A stretch of DNA of 64,000 bases from an uncultured Candidatus Saccharibacteria bacterium (GTDB taxonomy: Bacteria; Patescibacteriota; Minisyncoccia; Phycocordibacterales; XYD1-FULL-46-19): contig CAZEAY010000001.1 of assembly GCA_964510655.1 (NCBI GenBank), forward strand, positions 278,330 to 342,329, read 5' to 3'. The notes under the pieces are model-generated. The model made no database searches and was not told the DNA's origin. It was given only the letters and a program-made list of their open reading frames with translations. Below, one piece after another: positions 34,071 to 42,808 of the stretch (position 1 is its first letter; every line of letters begins with the position of its first letter). The position numbers and the translations under genes were made by a program.

Positions 34071-34106
34071 CCGTCCCAAAGATCATCGGGGCGGCACTTT
34101 TTTTAA
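34068..34106. terminator. Bidirectional terminator (ends minus-strand 414-aa gene and the plus-strand GC-rich element)
   Basis: GCCGTCCC-AAAGATCATC-GGGGCGGC with TTTTTTT on plus and ATTTTATT on minus. Confidence 0.55.
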
Positions 34107-34115
34107 TTAAAAAGA

Positions 34116-35360
34116 TTAGAGTGGTAAAATTTTTAAAACCTTTTCATTTTGTATTTCAAACCAAAAAGGTTTTTTGCGCCAGGTAGAAGTACTAGTTTTA
34201 CCAAAAATTACTGGCAGGTCAGATAATCGAACATCTTGGGGGGTTGTTGAAGAAATTATTTTTCCAATTTTATTTTTTATCACCAACGCCGGAAGAGATA
34301 AAGCAGGAGTAGTTGAAGAAATCGAGAAACGACGAGTACTCTTATTAATATCAGACACAAAATAAGTGGAACTAGCCGATAACTTAACTGATTCCGCCAA
34401 AGAAGCAACTAGTTCTAAACTATTAGTGCCGAAGCTGATATTTTCAATAAATCCTGCCCTAGTTAGAACCGGCTCCTCTCCAAAATAAAAAACAACTGCC
34501 TCATTTAAACGGCTAGACAACTTGTCCAACATCGCCAAATGTTCTGGTGATGATTCCAAAAAAATACTACTACCAGAAACCGAAGCAGGGAAAATTTTCG
34601 CAATATCAGACTTTAAATTACTCCCCGATCTAGGAATTTTAATTGAGGTGATATTATTTTTATTAACACTAACCAGGGCAGGCAAACTTTCTACCGGCCA
34701 ATCTCTTAAACGTGAATCATCCGCCCAAAGAAATTTACGTCGATTAAACCAAATATAATATTCGGTAGTACTAGCGTTTTCCTGGGTCGCAATAATTTCA
34801 AAAGTTGAAAATCTTATCGTTGAGGACGAAGTTGTGTTTTTGTCGGTTGATAAAATATTATTTATTATCAACTCAGAGGGGTTTTTATCAATTAACGAAA
34901 AACTGTCTCCCACCGCCAAAACTTCACGTCGCATCTGACTATTAGTTGGCGATAAGGCCTCTGTTAAGCGCTCCGGAATTATTAATATATATATAAAATC
35001 CCCAAAAACGCCCAATTTTTTACTCTCCCCAGGTAGCGCAACCAAATCCGTAGCAAGCTGTCTTTTAAGACTAAACAAGAGATCGGTGCGCCCAGACTCA
35101 TCAACATAAACAAAATCTGTCTGATTGGCCGACTCTAAAACCTGATATTTGTTTTTCCAACCATAAGGTAAATCTAAACTATAGTTATAAAAAGGATGAA
35201 CAAAATGAATCTGGGCTTTTTGATCAATATTCGCTGCCACTACTACCCCAGAATCTTTATTTTGACTACTGAAAAAATAAAGATAACCAGCCGCAAAAAT
35301 CATCACAATAAAAAGAACAACAAAAATTAAATTTCCCAGCTGAATGAAGCCTTTGTGCAT
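34116..35360 (-). CDS. Hypothetical membrane-anchored extracytoplasmic protein
   Basis: 414 aa. Single N-terminal TM. S/T-rich. No recognised motif. Confidence 0.4.
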   Translation of the reverse strand: MHKGFIQLGNLIFVVLFIVMIFAAGYLYFFSSQNKDSGVVVAANIDQKAQIHFVHPFYNYSLDLPYGWKNKYQVLESANQTDFVYVDESGRTDLLFSLKRQLATDLVALPGESKKLGVFGDFIYILIIPERLTEALSPTNSQMRREVLAVGDSFSLIDKNPSELIINNILSTDKNTTSSSTIRFSTFEIIATQENASTTEYYIWFNRRKFLWADDSRLRDWPVESLPALVSVNKNNITSIKIPRSGSNLKSDIAKIFPASVSGSSIFLESSPEHLAMLDKLSSRLNEAVVFYFGEEPVLTRAGFIENISFGTNSLELVASLAESVKLSASSTYFVSDINKSTRRFSISSTTPALSLPALVIKNKIGKIISSTTPQDVRLSDLPVIFGKTSTSTWRKKPFWFEIQNEKVLKILPL

Positions 35361-35366
35361 AATATT

Positions 35367-35576
35367 CTAAGATAAATCATCATCCAAACTCTTTTGGATC
35401 TCTTCAAAATCATTCTCAATCACCTTCAGTCTCTCGCGACAGTACTTTATTAACACCGCGCCACTTTTAACTTTTTCTAACCCTTTTTCTAAATCCAATT
35501 CTTTTTGTTCGTCAAACCAGGCCACAAGTTCCTCGAGCTTTTTTAACGACTCACTCAGATTATTTTTACTGGCCAT
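35367..35576 (-). CDS. xseB: Exodeoxyribonuclease VII small subunit
   Basis: 69 aa. LEELVAWFDE...LDLEKGL is the XseB helical signature. Overlaps xseA. Confidence 0.8.
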   Translation of the reverse strand: MASKNNLSESLKKLEELVAWFDEQKELDLEKGLEKVKSGAVLIKYCRERLKVIENDFEEIQKSLDDDLS

Positions 35577-36858
35577 GATTTGGGTTTATTTTATTGACGG
35601 TACTAATAATTTCTCCGTCGACTAATTCTACCTTAATTTCTTCTCCTTTTCCAACCGACAAAACGGAACGAATGATTTTACCTTTCGAGCGGATAATACT
35701 ATAACCTAAAGCCAGCTGGCGAAGAGGGTTACCACTAGAAACAACTGACTCCGCAATGGTTACAGAAGTGGTGGCGTCCTGCCAAATTCGCTTGAATTGT
35801 AGAAAAAGGCGTCTCACTAGGCTGAGGGAATATTCGCGTGACTGCCTGACAGACGACCGCAGAACAAATAATCCCCGGTGAAATTTAGCCTCTAGCTGTT
35901 TAAAATGATTAATTATCTCTAGAAATTTTTCCCTAAGGTGACGAGCATTATTTTCTACAGAATATTTTTTCTCAATCAAACTATTACAATACAAGTGGAA
36001 GATATCACGTTCAAACAAATTTACCTGAGACAAAGCCTGTTCCCAACCGGCAGACAAAACCCGAGCCACACTAGTCGGAGTGGAACAACTTTTATCAGCA
36101 ACTAAATCTACCAAAGACACATCCTGTTCGTGTCCAATTCCCGACATAACTGGTTTAGGAAAACGAGCAATTTCTCGCACTAGAGCTTCATTGTTAAAAG
36201 ATAAAAGAGATTCCAGCGATCCGCCACCCCTAATTAAAACCAAAACATCAATGTCTTTATTCCGAAAATAGCGTACCGCCTTAATCAAATCGGACACCGC
36301 CTGAATGCCCTCCACGCGAGAATCAACAAACTGAATCTGAAAACCAAATTTACCTAAGTTGGCTTTAAAATCAAAAATGGCCTCTCCCTGACGAGAGGTA
36401 ATTAGTCCTATTTTATGAGGAAAAGGAGGGATATTTTTTTTCCTTTTTTCTTCCAATAACCCCTCTTTAGTCAAACGATTCTTCAATTCTTCAAACTGTT
36501 GTTTTAACCCGCCCAGCCCAAATAACTCCAAAGTATCAGCCTGAAAAGACAGACGACCTGATGGTTTATAAACATTAGGAAAACCATGAGCAATAATCTC
36601 CATCCCAACCTTTAAATCCAGACCAGACAATCTGTAGTTATTTTTCCAAATCAAACAAGAAACAACACTTCCATCATCTTTATCTTTTAAATTAAAATAA
36701 TAGACATTCCCGCGCGCATCGACACTAGTTACCTCCCCTCTAATTTTGACATCAAAAGTACGTAAGCCAACATTTATCAATTCCAAAAAGACGGAAACGG
36801 AAAAAATATTATCTCCATCCTGAGATGTAGCCAAAATTTCTGCAATGTCTTTTTTCAT
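35566..36858 (-). CDS. xseA: Exodeoxyribonuclease VII large subunit
   Basis: 430 aa. N-terminal OB-fold (VRGEVTSVDARGNVYYFNLKD). Catalytic domain LIRGGGS. Confidence 0.85.
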   Translation of the reverse strand: MKKDIAEILATSQDGDNIFSVSVFLELINVGLRTFDVKIRGEVTSVDARGNVYYFNLKDKDDGSVVSCLIWKNNYRLSGLDLKVGMEIIAHGFPNVYKPSGRLSFQADTLELFGLGGLKQQFEELKNRLTKEGLLEEKRKKNIPPFPHKIGLITSRQGEAIFDFKANLGKFGFQIQFVDSRVEGIQAVSDLIKAVRYFRNKDIDVLVLIRGGGSLESLLSFNNEALVREIARFPKPVMSGIGHEQDVSLVDLVADKSCSTPTSVARVLSAGWEQALSQVNLFERDIFHLYCNSLIEKKYSVENNARHLREKFLEIINHFKQLEAKFHRGLFVLRSSVRQSREYSLSLVRRLFLQFKRIWQDATTSVTIAESVVSSGNPLRQLALGYSIIRSKGKIIRSVLSVGKGEEIKVELVDGEIISTVNKINPNHGQ

Positions 36859-36895
36859 TTATTTAGGATCTGGCTATTATAACAAGAAATGACAA

Positions 36896-37243
36896 CTAGG
36901 CGATTTTATGCAAAAGCCAATTAGTAACAGAGAGAATAAGGGCAAAAACGAAACCCGCCAAAAAGCTCGCTATTTCAAAACCCGGTACCAACCAAGACAC
37001 AAGCATAATCATTAGCCCATTAATAAAAAGTATAGACACCCCAAGAGTTAAAATTGTCACCGGCAGAGTTAAGACAAGCATTAGTGGCCGAACTAAAGTA
37101 TTCACCACCCCCAAAACTAAGGCGACCACTAAAGTTACCCACCAAGGGTCAACGGAAACAGATCCAGTAAATAGTTTATTAATAAGATAAGTGGTAATAA
37201 TAATCGCCAGTGCAGAAAGAAACCAATGTAGAATAAATTTCAT
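36896..37243 (-). CDS. DUF360 / 4-TM holin-superfamily-IV-like membrane protein
   Basis: VVALVLGVVNTLVRPLMLVLTLPVTILTLGVSILFINGLMIMLVSWLVPGF matches the PF04020 consensus. Start placed at the internal Met to avoid overlap with prmC. Confidence 0.5.
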   Translation of the reverse strand: MKFILHWFLSALAIIITTYLINKLFTGSVSVDPWWVTLVVALVLGVVNTLVRPLMLVLTLPVTILTLGVSILFINGLMIMLVSWLVPGFEIASFLAGFVFALILSVTNWLLHKIA

Positions 37244-37268
37244 AAAAGAAAAATTAACGGATAAAAAC

Positions 37269-38024
37269 TCAGCTTCTAAAGGATACAAATCGCCAACGAG
37301 AATACTGATCCTTTTCAAAACAAACATCACTAAAACCGCCCTTAAGGAGCAGGTCTTTGATTTTTAAATTCTGACTAATATCAAACTCTAACCAGACCTG
37401 ACCGCCAGTTTTCAAATAATTCCGAACATCATCTAAAAATCTTTTTATCAAAAGCAATCCCCCATCTTTAGCAAAAAGAGCTTCTTGGGGTTCCCACTTA
37501 GTCACCCCCTTCGCCAACTTCTCTCTCCTCTCTTCTGGAATATATGGCGGATTAGCTAAAATATAATCAAATTTCTCAGATGCCAAGTTCCGAAAAATAT
37601 TAGATTTAACTATTTTATAGCGGTCGGGGAAAATATTATTTAAATTCAAATTTTTTTCAATTTGCCGACAAAATTTTTCACTTTTTTCAGCAAACACCAC
37701 TGTCGCCCCAGGAATATGTTTCAAAATTGACAAACCAATACAACCCGAACCAGAAAAAATATCTAAACACACGGGAAATTTATTTTTATCCTTTTTAAGC
37801 TGTTTGATAAATAGTTCCGTCCAGTATTCGGTTTCAGGGCGAGGAATTAACGGCTTAAAAGATAAATCGATATGGCAATCTAAAAAATCAACATAACCAA
37901 TAATATAAGCCAGTGGTTCACCGGCCAACAATCTTTTTAAATCCGACTTTAACTCTAAGGGTGACTGACCGTGATATTTATCGCGGATAATCCAATCTAT
38001 CTCTTTTTGTCTTTTCGGATTCAT
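37269..38024 (-). CDS. prmC: Release factor glutamine methyltransferase
   Basis: NPPY motif (ILANPPYIPEE). SAM-binding DIFSGSGCIG. Confidence 0.85.
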   Translation of the reverse strand: MNPKRQKEIDWIIRDKYHGQSPLELKSDLKRLLAGEPLAYIIGYVDFLDCHIDLSFKPLIPRPETEYWTELFIKQLKKDKNKFPVCLDIFSGSGCIGLSILKHIPGATVVFAEKSEKFCRQIEKNLNLNNIFPDRYKIVKSNIFRNLASEKFDYILANPPYIPEERREKLAKGVTKWEPQEALFAKDGGLLLIKRFLDDVRNYLKTGGQVWLEFDISQNLKIKDLLLKGGFSDVCFEKDQYSRWRFVSFRS

Positions 38025-38047
38025 TTAGCTAACAATATTACTTAGAT

Positions 38048-38743
38048 CTAAAAATGTACTGCCAAATAAGAAGCGACGGTCGCCGCCGTTTCCGCTCGTA
38101 AAGTCAAGGGACCAAGACTTACTAATTCAAAATTATGTTCTTTGGCCGACAAAACTTCCTCGGGTGACCACCCACCCTCTGGACCGATAAAAATACCAAT
38201 AGCTTGAGTGGTTGTTATTTTATTAATCGCTTCCCCTTGAGTATCAAAAAATAAATTATGTTGATTACTCTTCGCTTCTTCCACCGCCAAAGGAAAAGAA
38301 ATGGTTTCACCTAATGTAGGGATGATTCCTCGCCCACCTTGTTCACTAGCTTCCTTAATAATTTTCAATAAGCGATCAGTCTTCAAGCCAGTCTTTACTG
38401 TCCGCGAAGAGATAATCGGGACAATTCTTTTTACACCACATTCAACCGCTTTCTGAGCCACTAATTCAAAATTTTCTCTCTTTAAGATAGAGCAATATAA
38501 AACAACACTCCGTAAGGGTTCAGCAGAGTTGCTTTTTTCTTCCAAGATTTTAAATGATACCTTTTTTTTATTTAAATCTACTAAATTACATAAAAAATCT
38601 CGATTATCACCAACCGACAAAACTACTTTTTCCCCTACAGATAAACGTAAGACATTTTTTATTTGATTAATTAATTCTTGATCTTGAGAGGAAACCTCTG
38701 GTCCAGAGAAATCAAAACTACCAATAAATCTATGCATTTTCAT
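38048..38743 (-). CDS. rsmE: 16S rRNA (uracil1498-N3)-methyltransferase
   Basis: 231 aa. MKMHRFIG start. PUA-like N-terminus and SPOUT C-terminus (GPEGGWSPEE). Confidence 0.8.
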   Translation of the reverse strand: MKMHRFIGSFDFSGPEVSSQDQELINQIKNVLRLSVGEKVVLSVGDNRDFLCNLVDLNKKKVSFKILEEKSNSAEPLRSVVLYCSILKRENFELVAQKAVECGVKRIVPIISSRTVKTGLKTDRLLKIIKEASEQGGRGIIPTLGETISFPLAVEEAKSNQHNLFFDTQGEAINKITTTQAIGIFIGPEGGWSPEEVLSAKEHNFELVSLGPLTLRAETAATVASYLAVHF

Positions 38744-38955
38744 ATTAAACGAGAAATTATTTCCTTTTTAATCTGTACTTTTATCATCGCAATGACATCT
38801 GCCTGGGTCATCGTCGAAACAAGTTTACGAACTTGTTCGGGATGAGTTTTCATTAAATGATCCATCGTTAAAAGAATAGTCTTTTCTTCGGTCAGATGTC
38901 GGGCACAATAAGAGCAGTTGAGTATACCTAAGTCTTTACATCTTAGGATAAACAT
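38740..38955 (-). CDS. Small hypothetical protein
   Basis: 71 aa with three Cys (C6, C14, C17). No recognised family. May be spurious. Confidence 0.25.
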   Translation of the reverse strand: MFILRCKDLGILNCSYCARHLTEEKTILLTMDHLMKTHPEQVRKLVSTMTQADVIAMIKVQIKKEIISRLI

Positions 38956-39080
38956 ACTTTTATTTTAACATAAAAACAGACACTACGTCAAAGTAATTAC
39001 TTTCCGTAAATTAAAAAATAAAAACAGTACCGTAGAGGCAAACCTTCCTTATTCCCTAAAAATATGTTACAATTACAAGT

Positions 39081-40049
39081 ATGCTTATTGACGACGTAAC
39101 AATAAAAGTCACCGCCGGCCATGGTGGTCGTGGAGCCGTGGCTTTTGATAAAAACAAAGGAGCCATCGGGCCCTGTGGTGGCAATGGTGGTCGCGGAGGA
39201 AACATCATCTTTGAGGGAGTATCAGACTTAGCCGCTCTAGAATTTTTTCGTTTCAAAAAAGAATTAGTTGCCAAAGACGGTGACATGGGCCACGGTCAAT
39301 TTGTTGACGGTGAAGACGGAAAAAGTCAGACCTTCAAATTGCCAGTTGGCTCAGTCATTCACAACCTTACGACCGGAACCGAGAAAGAAATCATGAAAAT
39401 TGGTGAGCAAATTATTATTGCTCGTGGTGGTTACGGCGGTAAGGGAAACTATAAATTCCGCTCAGCGATAAACACCTCACCCAAACAATTCCAACCAGGC
39501 CTACCAGGGGAAAAATTTGATCTCCGAATTGAGCTAAAATTAATCGCCGACGTCGGTTTTGTTGGTTTGCCAAATGTCGGTAAATCGACTCTCCTCAACC
39601 TTCTGACAAACTCCAAAGCTAAGGTCGCCAACTACCAATTTACCACCCTCGAACCAAATTTAGGAGTTTACTATTCTCTCATCTTAGCTGACATCCCAGG
39701 CTTAATTGAAGGAGCCTCCGAAGGAAGAGGTTTGGGTGTTAAATTTTTAAAACATATCGAACGAACTCGGATTCTCTTTCATTTTATTGCCGCCAACTCG
39801 CCCGACATTGTCCAAGACTACAAAACCATTCGTCAGGAATTATCATCCTACAATATCACCTTGACTCAAAAAACAGAGTATCTCATCATCACAAAGTCCG
39901 ATGAAGTTCCACCCGCCGAATTAAAAAAACTTCTAACTAAAGCAAAAAAACTAAATAAAAATACGATTGCTATTTCGGCTTACGACGACCAAAGCTTGGA
40001 AGCCGTAAAAAAAATCCTAAACTCCCTAGAAAAAGAAAAAACCGTTTAA
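39081..40049 (+). CDS. obg: GTPase Obg (no C-terminal TGS/OCT extension)
   Basis: Gly-rich Obg fold (AGHGGRGAVAF...GGNGGRGGNIIFEG). G1 GLPNVGKST. G3 DIPG. 322 aa. Confidence 0.9.
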   Translation: MLIDDVTIKVTAGHGGRGAVAFDKNKGAIGPCGGNGGRGGNIIFEGVSDLAALEFFRFKKELVAKDGDMGHGQFVDGEDGKSQTFKLPVGSVIHNLTTGTEKEIMKIGEQIIIARGGYGGKGNYKFRSAINTSPKQFQPGLPGEKFDLRIELKLIADVGFVGLPNVGKSTLLNLLTNSKAKVANYQFTTLEPNLGVYYSLILADIPGLIEGASEGRGLGVKFLKHIERTRILFHFIAANSPDIVQDYKTIRQELSSYNITLTQKTEYLIITKSDEVPPAELKKLLTKAKKLNKNTIAISAYDDQSLEAVKKILNSLEKEKTV

Positions 40050-40076
40050 AAACGGTTTTTTCTTTTTCCCGAAATA

Positions 40077-40700
40077 TTAAGTTCTGGGGTCAGTCTTACT
40101 CCATTCCGTCAAAGCATCGGCCTTAATCTCGATCGGGTGAGGCATCCGTAGAAGTTTAAGATTAGACGGAGAACAGACAGGAAAATGAGGCGAGTGATCA
40201 AGTTTCTCAACAATATCATCTAATTCTCTTTCGGCGGTAATCCATTCAAGACTGATCTTTGTGAGATCAAAGGGCTTAGAATAACTCCGAAGGGTTCGTT
40301 TATTGTTGACAGCACTGTAATACTCATGAAAATAAGACATGGCTAGTTCTCGAATATTTTTATAAACCGGATCACGATAACGTAAACTAGAGTGATTGGT
40401 TTTACTAACTGCCCCCCAGTACCCGCCCTGTTTAAACAAAGCTACGACATGATCTTCCCCATCAACAGTCTTTAGATCTAATAGAAGAGGTTTCTCTCCA
40501 CGCAACCAAAAGGCTAGGCTAGCTAACATTGCCCCCTCAAGACAATGGGCTTTATTTTCTCGCAACACCCGCCGAGGAGACATATAAGTCTCTCCCCCTT
40601 TCTCCCAATTAAGAGGCATCTTGTCTAGAAAATCCTGTACTTTTTGAGGAGTAGAAAGTTTTTTTAAAATCGTCAATTCTGACTTTGTCAGTCCAAACAT
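40077..40700 (-). CDS. Transglutaminase-like / papain-fold putative cysteine peptidase
   Basis: CLEGAMLASLAFWLRG...DHVVALFKQGGYWGAV resembles the transglutaminase-core Cys...His...Asp arrangement. Confidence 0.4.
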   Translation of the reverse strand: MFGLTKSELTILKKLSTPQKVQDFLDKMPLNWEKGGETYMSPRRVLRENKAHCLEGAMLASLAFWLRGEKPLLLDLKTVDGEDHVVALFKQGGYWGAVSKTNHSSLRYRDPVYKNIRELAMSYFHEYYSAVNNKRTLRSYSKPFDLTKISLEWITAERELDDIVEKLDHSPHFPVCSPSNLKLLRMPHPIEIKADALTEWSKTDPRT

Positions 40701-40784
40701 CTTTTTATGATAACAAAAGAAAACCCTAAATCAAAAAGCGGGCCAAACAAAATAAAAATTTCAGCCAACTTAATTAAAACAAGA

Positions 40785-40816
40785 GAAAAAGCGCTGACCC
40801 GAAGGTAAGCGCTTTG
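40785..40816 (-). terminator. Terminator hairpin downstream of GC-rich coiled-coil gene
   Basis: Perfect palindrome AAAGCGCT-GACCCGAAGGTA-AGCGCTTT with a U-rich tract on the minus strand. A second hairpin (CTCCGCTTAGAAA...TTTCTAAGGAG) lies at about 40855-40895. Confidence 0.45.
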
Positions 40817-40966
40817 ATGTAAAACAAAAGAGCAAACGTTACTTTATTCCTTGTCTCCGCTTAGAAAAACGAGTTTCTAAGGAGAAGAGACGTGATCTGA
40901 TATTGGGAAGCTAGTTCGCACTAGTCCGTCAATCGATCAGGAAAAATAATGTTTAGAATTCAGACA

Positions 40967-42118
40967 TCAAACAGCGGGCCCAGAGCCGGCGGCAGCCAGC
41001 GTAAAAGACGGAATGGGAACATCGTCAGGAAGTTCAGGCTCGAGCTCTCCCAGAGAACGCGAAATGCTGACATCCACATCCGCCACCACTCTCTCCATCT
41101 CGCTACCAGGGATAACCCCCAAGCGTACCAGATACGTCCTAGCCTGGAAATTATCCTTCAGATGTCTTGCGACATTCGCCTTCTTAATCGACTCGAGTGA
41201 GCCGGGGAAGACGATACGATCCGATCCCAGAGGTGCTGGAAAAACCCAGATTTGAACATCCTTGTCTGGTCCACCCAACTCCGCCCGCGTTTTTCCGTGC
41301 AGAGTGAACGGGATCAGTAAATCATGCACGGTATCCTTATAGGTCGCGAGTTGATTGCAGGTTACTTCCATCTGACTGATGTGGGCGTTTTTCTCAAGAA
41401 TTTGCTGATTTCTCTCCAACAGTAAGCTATCCTGTTGAAGAATTTTCCGAAACAGAAAGACAGCAAGAGCCCCCATCAAAACGAGGATCGTCAACGGAGG
41501 AATCCAGACCATCTTCCAACTATTTCCCGATTTCTGGGATTGAAGGACAAGGGTCTCCTTAAGCTTCTCGTTTTCAACCTGAAGTGCCGTTCCGGCTTCC
41601 TTCTGTTGATCGAGGGCTGATTGCAATTCAGCCACCTTCGCCGTGAGAACATTGTTGGCTTCCTTCAAACCAGAAATTGTTGACCGCAGACCTTCCACCT
41701 CCTTGTCCGTATTCAAAACGGGAAGGGAAAGAGGAGAAAAAAGATCAGCATAGGGAGCCCGCAAAATCGATGGGACCAGTGAGGCATCACGAACAACGGA
41801 AGCCTTCACCTTCAGGCGTTTCGGCAGAACAAATCCGTTCGGAAACTGTCCACTGCCAACCCGAGCAAAAGCTTCGTCGGTGTTTGGCATGACATTCTGA
41901 ACCGCTACCACCGCTCGAAATTCTTCCCAGGTCGAGAAGAGTTCTTTGAAGTCGGACTCCCACACTCGGTAGGCCCAAGGGGCCTTATCGGCGTTGTAAG
42001 AGTGCCACTGCAGATCAACCGAAACATTGATCTTGCTGGTGCGAGTGACTTCAGCCGCCTTAGACGGCAAGCAGACGAGAAACAGAGTGAGAAACGGAAT
42101 CAACAGAGAGCGTATCAT
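40967..42118 (-). CDS. GC-rich (foreign-composition) secreted/membrane coiled-coil protein
   Basis: 383 aa. Signal peptide, periplasmic domain, extended coiled coil, one TM (IPPLTILVLMGALAVFLF), cytoplasmic C-domain. Codon usage is markedly more GC-rich than neighbours. Confidence 0.5.
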   Translation of the reverse strand: MIRSLLIPFLTLFLVCLPSKAAEVTRTSKINVSVDLQWHSYNADKAPWAYRVWESDFKELFSTWEEFRAVVAVQNVMPNTDEAFARVGSGQFPNGFVLPKRLKVKASVVRDASLVPSILRAPYADLFSPLSLPVLNTDKEVEGLRSTISGLKEANNVLTAKVAELQSALDQQKEAGTALQVENEKLKETLVLQSQKSGNSWKMVWIPPLTILVLMGALAVFLFRKILQQDSLLLERNQQILEKNAHISQMEVTCNQLATYKDTVHDLLIPFTLHGKTRAELGGPDKDVQIWVFPAPLGSDRIVFPGSLESIKKANVARHLKDNFQARTYLVRLGVIPGSEMERVVADVDVSISRSLGELEPELPDDVPIPSFTLAAAGSGPAV

Positions 42119-42388
42119 GAGAGTTCTCCTTGTATGTTTGATATTCTATTTTCAAATGTGGGTTTTCTCGCCAATTTTGGGCGCCTTGCCCCGATGTTAT
42201 ATGAGAATATTGGTTGAGGCTACCCTCTATTCCTAATTATAGCATACTTAGACAAAAAAGCAATAGATCAAAATCACCACCACTACCCTCTTTTCTATCA
42301 AATTCACAGAAGAAAATAACAGAAGATAGTGAGATTCTTAGTCTGACCAGTAGTAAAAAAGTAGTCTATAAGTTAGAATAGATTACTT

Positions 42389-42808
42389 ATGAATAAGAAA
42401 AAAAGTAAATACGAATCCCGAGGCTATAAACTCTTAGTCAAACGTTCTAGTGCCGGACTAGGTCTCTTTACTGGCGAGCCAATTACTAAAGGTTCTTGCA
42501 TTATTGAATACGTTGGACGAACTATTTCTAAAGAAGAAGAATATACTAGCCGAAGTAAGTATCTCTTTGAAATAAATTCCAAAAAAACCATCGATGGTCA
42601 AGCCCGCACAAACAAAGCCCGCTATATCAATCACTCCTGTCGACCAAACTGTGAACCAAAAATTTATAACGGTCGCGTTTTTATCTTAGCCAAAAAAAAT
42701 ATCAGGGCTGGAGAGGAATTATGCTACGACTACGGAAAAGAATATTGCGATGAACACATCAAACCTTATGGGTGTCGATGTGTAAAATGCCAAACAGCTA
42801 AAAACTAG
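42389..42808 (+). CDS. Minimal SET-domain protein (putative protein-lysine methyltransferase) with post-SET Cys cluster
   Basis: INHSCRPNC (NHSCxPN) and EELCYDYG (ELxxDY) motifs. Post-SET cysteine cluster CDEHIKPYGCRCVKC. 139 aa. Confidence 0.75.
   Translation: MNKKKSKYESRGYKLLVKRSSAGLGLFTGEPITKGSCIIEYVGRTISKEEEYTSRSKYLFEINSKKTIDGQARTNKARYINHSCRPNCEPKIYNGRVFILAKKNIRAGEELCYDYGKEYCDEHIKPYGCRCVKCQTAKN

Noticed and set aside
33833-34110. Two additional open frames in the GC-rich element (33833-34063 and 33919-34110).
   Set aside because: All three frames are open simultaneously, as expected for GC-rich DNA with few stop codons. Only the 33709 frame has an SD. I treat them as compositional artefacts.
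39056-39286. Minus-strand 76-aa ORF overlapping the obg start.
   Set aside because: It is Pro-rich and low-complexity. It overlaps the conserved Obg N-terminus and is likely spurious.
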